Origin: Octopus vulgaris
Taxonomy: Eukaryota
Assembly (NCBI GenBank): GCA_951406725.2
Contig: OX597831.1
Location: forward strand, 83,939,318 to 84,003,317
DNA length: 64,000 nucleotides
Reading direction: 5' to 3'
The position numbers and the translations under genes are program-made. Positions 63,991-64,000 of the stretch are shown piece after piece (position 1 is the first letter of the stretch; every line of letters begins with the position of its first letter). Under the pieces are notes generated by a model, which did no database searches, was not told the DNA's origin, and saw only the letters and a list, made by a program, of their open reading frames with translations.

Positions 63991-64000
63991 GTATATATAT

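Overview
This is repeat-dominated animal genomic DNA. The dense (TA)n/(CA)n/(TATG)n tracts and the SINE families suggest an octopod cephalopod, which is my inference and not verified. No host gene is confidently seen. Positions 1-25 kb and 58-64 kb hold microsatellites, tRNA-type SINEs, decayed CR1/L2-group and RTE LINEs, and three ~360-nt repeat loci. Those three loci carry minimal type-I hammerhead ribozyme folds with non-canonical cores, and at two of them a direct/inverted junction falls exactly on the predicted cleavage site (retrozyme or Penelope-pLTR-like). Positions 25.2-57.7 kb are a nest of compact Gypsy-order LTR retrotransposons. One intact minus-strand element (296-bp LTRs, GGAG TSD) sits inside an array of a second family. 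That array is best explained by unequal recombination between two neighbouring insertions, and it carries four ~1.8-kb fold-back palindromes, one with a flipped centre. Both LTR families have unrelated LTRs yet share AGCTATTTCGGCA directly after the 5' LTR. This is complementary to the 5' end (nt 1-12) of metazoan tRNA-Phe, not its 3' CCA end, and is a candidate non-canonical priming mechanism.
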